DNA of 64,000 nt from Torpedo marmorata (lineage: Eukaryota): contig OZ360230.1 of the NCBI GenBank assembly GCA_977017645.1, forward strand, positions 35,340,001 through 35,404,000, given 5' to 3'. Position 1 is the stretch's first letter. Every line of letters starts with the position of its first letter. The position numbers and the translations under genes were made by a program. Below the pieces are notes generated by a model. The model was not told where the DNA came from. It saw only the letters and a program-made list of their open reading frames with translations, and ran no database searches. Of the stretch, positions 63,441-64,000 are shown piece by piece.

Positions 63441-63828
63441 CTTATTCCTGGTTCTACTTGTTATGTTTTTATTTCTGCTTAGGAGAATCATCCAAATAGA
63501 TAGGCCAAAAGAAAACCACAAAAAAGTAAGCTGTAGATACATAAATAGATACACACACTCACACAAAAGCAGAAAAACAGTGCTTTTGCTTGACAATCTA
63601 CATTGCATACTGGCTCCACATACAAGAGAGAATTAGGGAAAGAAGGAGAGGCAAACGTACAAAGGTAAGTAAGGAGAGTGAAGCAATTATGTTCAGGTAA
63701 AATAAAAGGCCTTACAAATGAGTGGCAAACTCCTTATATTCCCTTGTGGTTGTAAATTTTAGCACTATTTCCAAGAACGAAACAAATGTTTCTGAAGTGT
63801 CACAGAAAGATTCAAATGAATCAAAGGG

Positions 63829-64000
63829 AAATATGATATTGTAGCCATCAGTGAAACTTGGTTGCAGGAGGGGCGTGATTGGCAGCTAAATATTCCTGGA
63901 TTCCGTTGTTTTAGGCGTGATAGAACAGGGGGATAAAAGGTGGAGGGGTCGCAGTGCTTGTTAGAGAAACCATTAGAGCGGTGCTATGGCAGGATAGATT
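63829..64000 (+). mobile_element. CR1 LINE ORF2 APE endonuclease region (runs off the window)
   Basis: KYDIVAISETWLQEGRDWQLNIPGFRCFRRDR, then GGGVAVLVRE after a frameshift. Confidence 0.85.

Overview
This is AT-rich vertebrate genomic DNA, most likely from a cartilaginous fish (inferred from HE1-like V-SINEs together with CR1, Rex1/Babar and Penelope elements). It consists almost entirely of transposable elements, often nested. I found no convincing host gene, rRNA, tRNA gene or CRISPR array. Contents: three Gmr1-like Gypsy LTR elements (SCAN-type gag, integrase directly after protease, tRNA-Pro PBS) and a related solo LTR; one young Mag-type Gypsy with an open 1243-aa gag-pol; one full-length L1 and six truncated or inverted L1s; two Tc1 elements; hAT/Charlie-type MITEs; V-SINEs; LINE fragments; and four copies of an ~0.8 kb GC-rich non-coding retroposon. 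The best leads are: (i) a very young Gmr1-like element whose RT core is deleted in frame while protease, integrase and RNase H remain open; (ii) a Gypsy element with no tRNA PBS but a 14-bp inverted repeat pairing its leader with its own LTR; (iii) a YY1/ETS motif array embedded in that element's gag ORF; (iv) a composite MITE built from two inverted copies around a 112-bp spacer; (v) the GC-rich retroposon with conserved 5' hairpins. Boundaries backed by target-site duplications (TSDs) should be accurate to a few bases; boundaries of old fragments are approximate. All family assignments come from motif recognition by eye, not database searches.
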